This document shows positions 62,115 to 64,000 of a stretch of 64,000 bases of DNA, one piece after another. Numbering within the stretch: the stretch's first letter is position 1; each line of letters opens with the position of its first letter. Origin of the DNA: Yuukianura sp. NJ FZ-2021 (lineage: Eukaryota); assembly GCA_046563655.1 (NCBI GenBank), contig CM102290.1:12648001-12712000 (forward strand). The letters run 5' to 3'. The translations under genes and the position numbers were made by a program. The notes under the pieces were generated by a model that made no database searches, had not been told where the DNA came from, and worked only from the letters and a program-made list of their open reading frames with translations.

Positions 62115-62863
62115 CCTGCACCCTTTCTTTTATTCCTAGATATTGGAGCAGCACAATTACAAACTTGTCACGCCTTTGTTATGTTCAAGTGCTTTTTTTG
62201 CTTATAAGGTTATGTGTTTTCTTCGGTGTCGTGCACTATTAAAAAGGAGCATACTTTCACTTTGAGCCTTAAAAAGTCCTCTATGTGCTTCATTTCCTTT
62301 GAATTCATTTTGGAAAACTTAGGAGGAACGGAAGTGTAGTAGGCAGCAAGGCTGTTTTAGAATTCTGGAAGGATTTTCCGTGGACTTTTAAGGTGATGCA
62401 CTTAAGGACTCGGGACCTTATAAATACCAAAGTACTTTGGTTCCTTTCATCGATTTCCAACCTTCAAGTTAGGTTAGCGTAAGGGCAGAAGAGTCAGAGT
62501 GGAAATTTGGTTCAAGTGACTCTTCAATTCCCTCCTGAATTTCCTGTTTCCAAACCCTCACCATCCAATTCCCAGAGGAAATGTTGTGGACAATGTTCAA
62601 TTAGTTAATCAAACTCAATAAATGTGTTTCCAACACGAGTCAATTCCTTGAGCACTTCGTTCGGAAAACATCGTCTGTGGGTTCGATTCCTACACAGGGC
62701 GGGTGAAAACGTCAAAAAGGGAGGTATGGATTTTATAAGTGTTTGAATAATTTGTTACGGAGTTTCACTTGTAAAGACAAAGGCATGACAGTGTCCTCCA
62801 AATTTTAGGTGTCAAAAGTCGCCTGTTAAGTTTTTTTTTTCAAAAACTTTGAACTGCTGACCC

Positions 62864-63087
62864 CAAGGTTCGTAAACAAAAAGAAAACTTCTTTTACACC
62901 AGGTTGTCCAATAACTCGAAGCAGAAGTTGTTTGAAAGTAGGAATCTGCCTTTCTATTGTAATTTTTTTTTTGCATGTAATCTAAATGGGATTGGTGCTA
63001 AAAGTTATTTGAAACAAGATTTTTGGAAACCCTGAGTTATTGGACAACCTGTTGTAGGAAATACAATTCGGTTGTCAATGAACCTTG
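62864..63087. mobile_element. P-superfamily-like MITE, copy 4
   Basis: Ends CAAGGTTC...GAACCTTG; homologous to 59820..60165; TSD not evident. Confidence 0.8.
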
Positions 63088-63921
63088 GTCCCTGGGAACA
63101 CTCTCCCCACCCCCGCAAAAGTTGAATAAACAAAGGAAAGTTGTTGAAGTAAGAGAGACATGGAGGAGGATCCGAAGTTGAGTAACTCCGCTATGCTCCT
63201 GGCCCCATTTTCACTTTCTCGGGAGAAAACATAACTTTGACTTTTGGTTTTGTTTTCAGAACAACCAGAAAACCGTCTGTCTCTTTCCAAAAAGAAAACA
63301 CTGTGCAGCCTAGTGTGTAAACAGGAGTTGCATAGGCGGCTAAAGACAGGGCGGGAGATGGAAAGTGTGTAGTGATGCTGCCGGGAGGAAAGAAAGCGGA
63401 GCCTCATTTGGAAGAAGATCTTCCGGGAAACCTCACACCATCAAGCCCAGGGTTAACATTAAACTTTTAAGCGTAATGGACACTTGGAAGGACCTAGGTT
63501 TAGTCCAAGGAGACACGAAGCCATAAGACTAACGTTTCAGTACGAGTCAATTGCCTAATTCTGCACAACGACCTCTTGACAAAACAATTGCCACTCCCTA
63601 AATAATTCCACTCTCCTGTCCTTCTAGGGAAACAAAAGTCTAGCTTGTTTTTTAGATTAACAATTCGTTTTGACGCTAGTTTTTGTCAAACTAGTCTCCT
63701 TTGCCATCAGTAGCTCCATTTCTAACAGAAATCGTAATGCCCTTTTTTCAAAACCTGTTTTTTGAAAACAATCTGAGCAGTTTTCAAAAAAACAACCACA
63801 TTTTAAGTAACTTCAAAATTGAATTACACCAATTTCTGATTTGTCTAGAGATTTTTTTAATCCTATTTTTTTTATTTTGTAATAATTTTAATAACTTTGC
63901 TTTTGCAGTAACACTTTTCAT

Positions 63922-64000
63922 CAAGGTTCGTAAACAAAGAAAATGTTTTTTCTACAACAGGTTGTCCAGTAACTCGGGTTTTCAATTTTTTGCCAAAATT
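63922..64000. mobile_element. P-superfamily-like MITE, copy 5 (cut by window end)
   Basis: CAAGGTTCGTAAACAAA...CAGGTTGTCCAGTAACTCG matches the left end of copy 4. Confidence 0.8.

Noticed and set aside
63075..63407. 110-aa minus-strand ORF as an upstream NXN exon
   Set aside because: No thioredoxin-fold motifs, and it runs into a MITE end.

Overview
AT-rich, intron-dense eukaryotic DNA, most likely from an arthropod (inferred from the CG7630/prag01-type COX7B gene and the insect-like lamin rod). The ORF track mostly shows exon fragments, so I rebuilt gene models by hand from splice sites. Genes in order: 3' ~60% of cytoplasmic dynein-2 heavy chain (+), mitochondrial-type BCAT (-), a lamin-derived intermediate filament gene (-), a frameshifted herpes-tegument-like deubiquitinase followed by an APE-endonuclease stub (+), GTF3C3 (-), COX7B-like (+), LARP1 (-), an acidic orphan gene (-), CDC45 (+), and the 3' part of a nucleoredoxin (-). 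There are two ~2 kb tandem arrays (a 59-bp intronic satellite and a 318-bp foldback array) and many MITEs, several with exact TSDs. Top leads: (1) a 424-aa lamin paralogue lacking NLS, Ig-fold and CaaX, a candidate lamin-derived cytoplasmic IF; (2) a nucleoredoxin whose WCPPC site is genomically W-Y-P-P-C, with a 10-nt perfect intronic complement over the TAT codon, so A-to-I editing could restore the catalytic Cys; (3) a VTD-type DUB directly upstream of a LINE-like endonuclease start. All assignments come from reading the sequence by eye; no searches were run.
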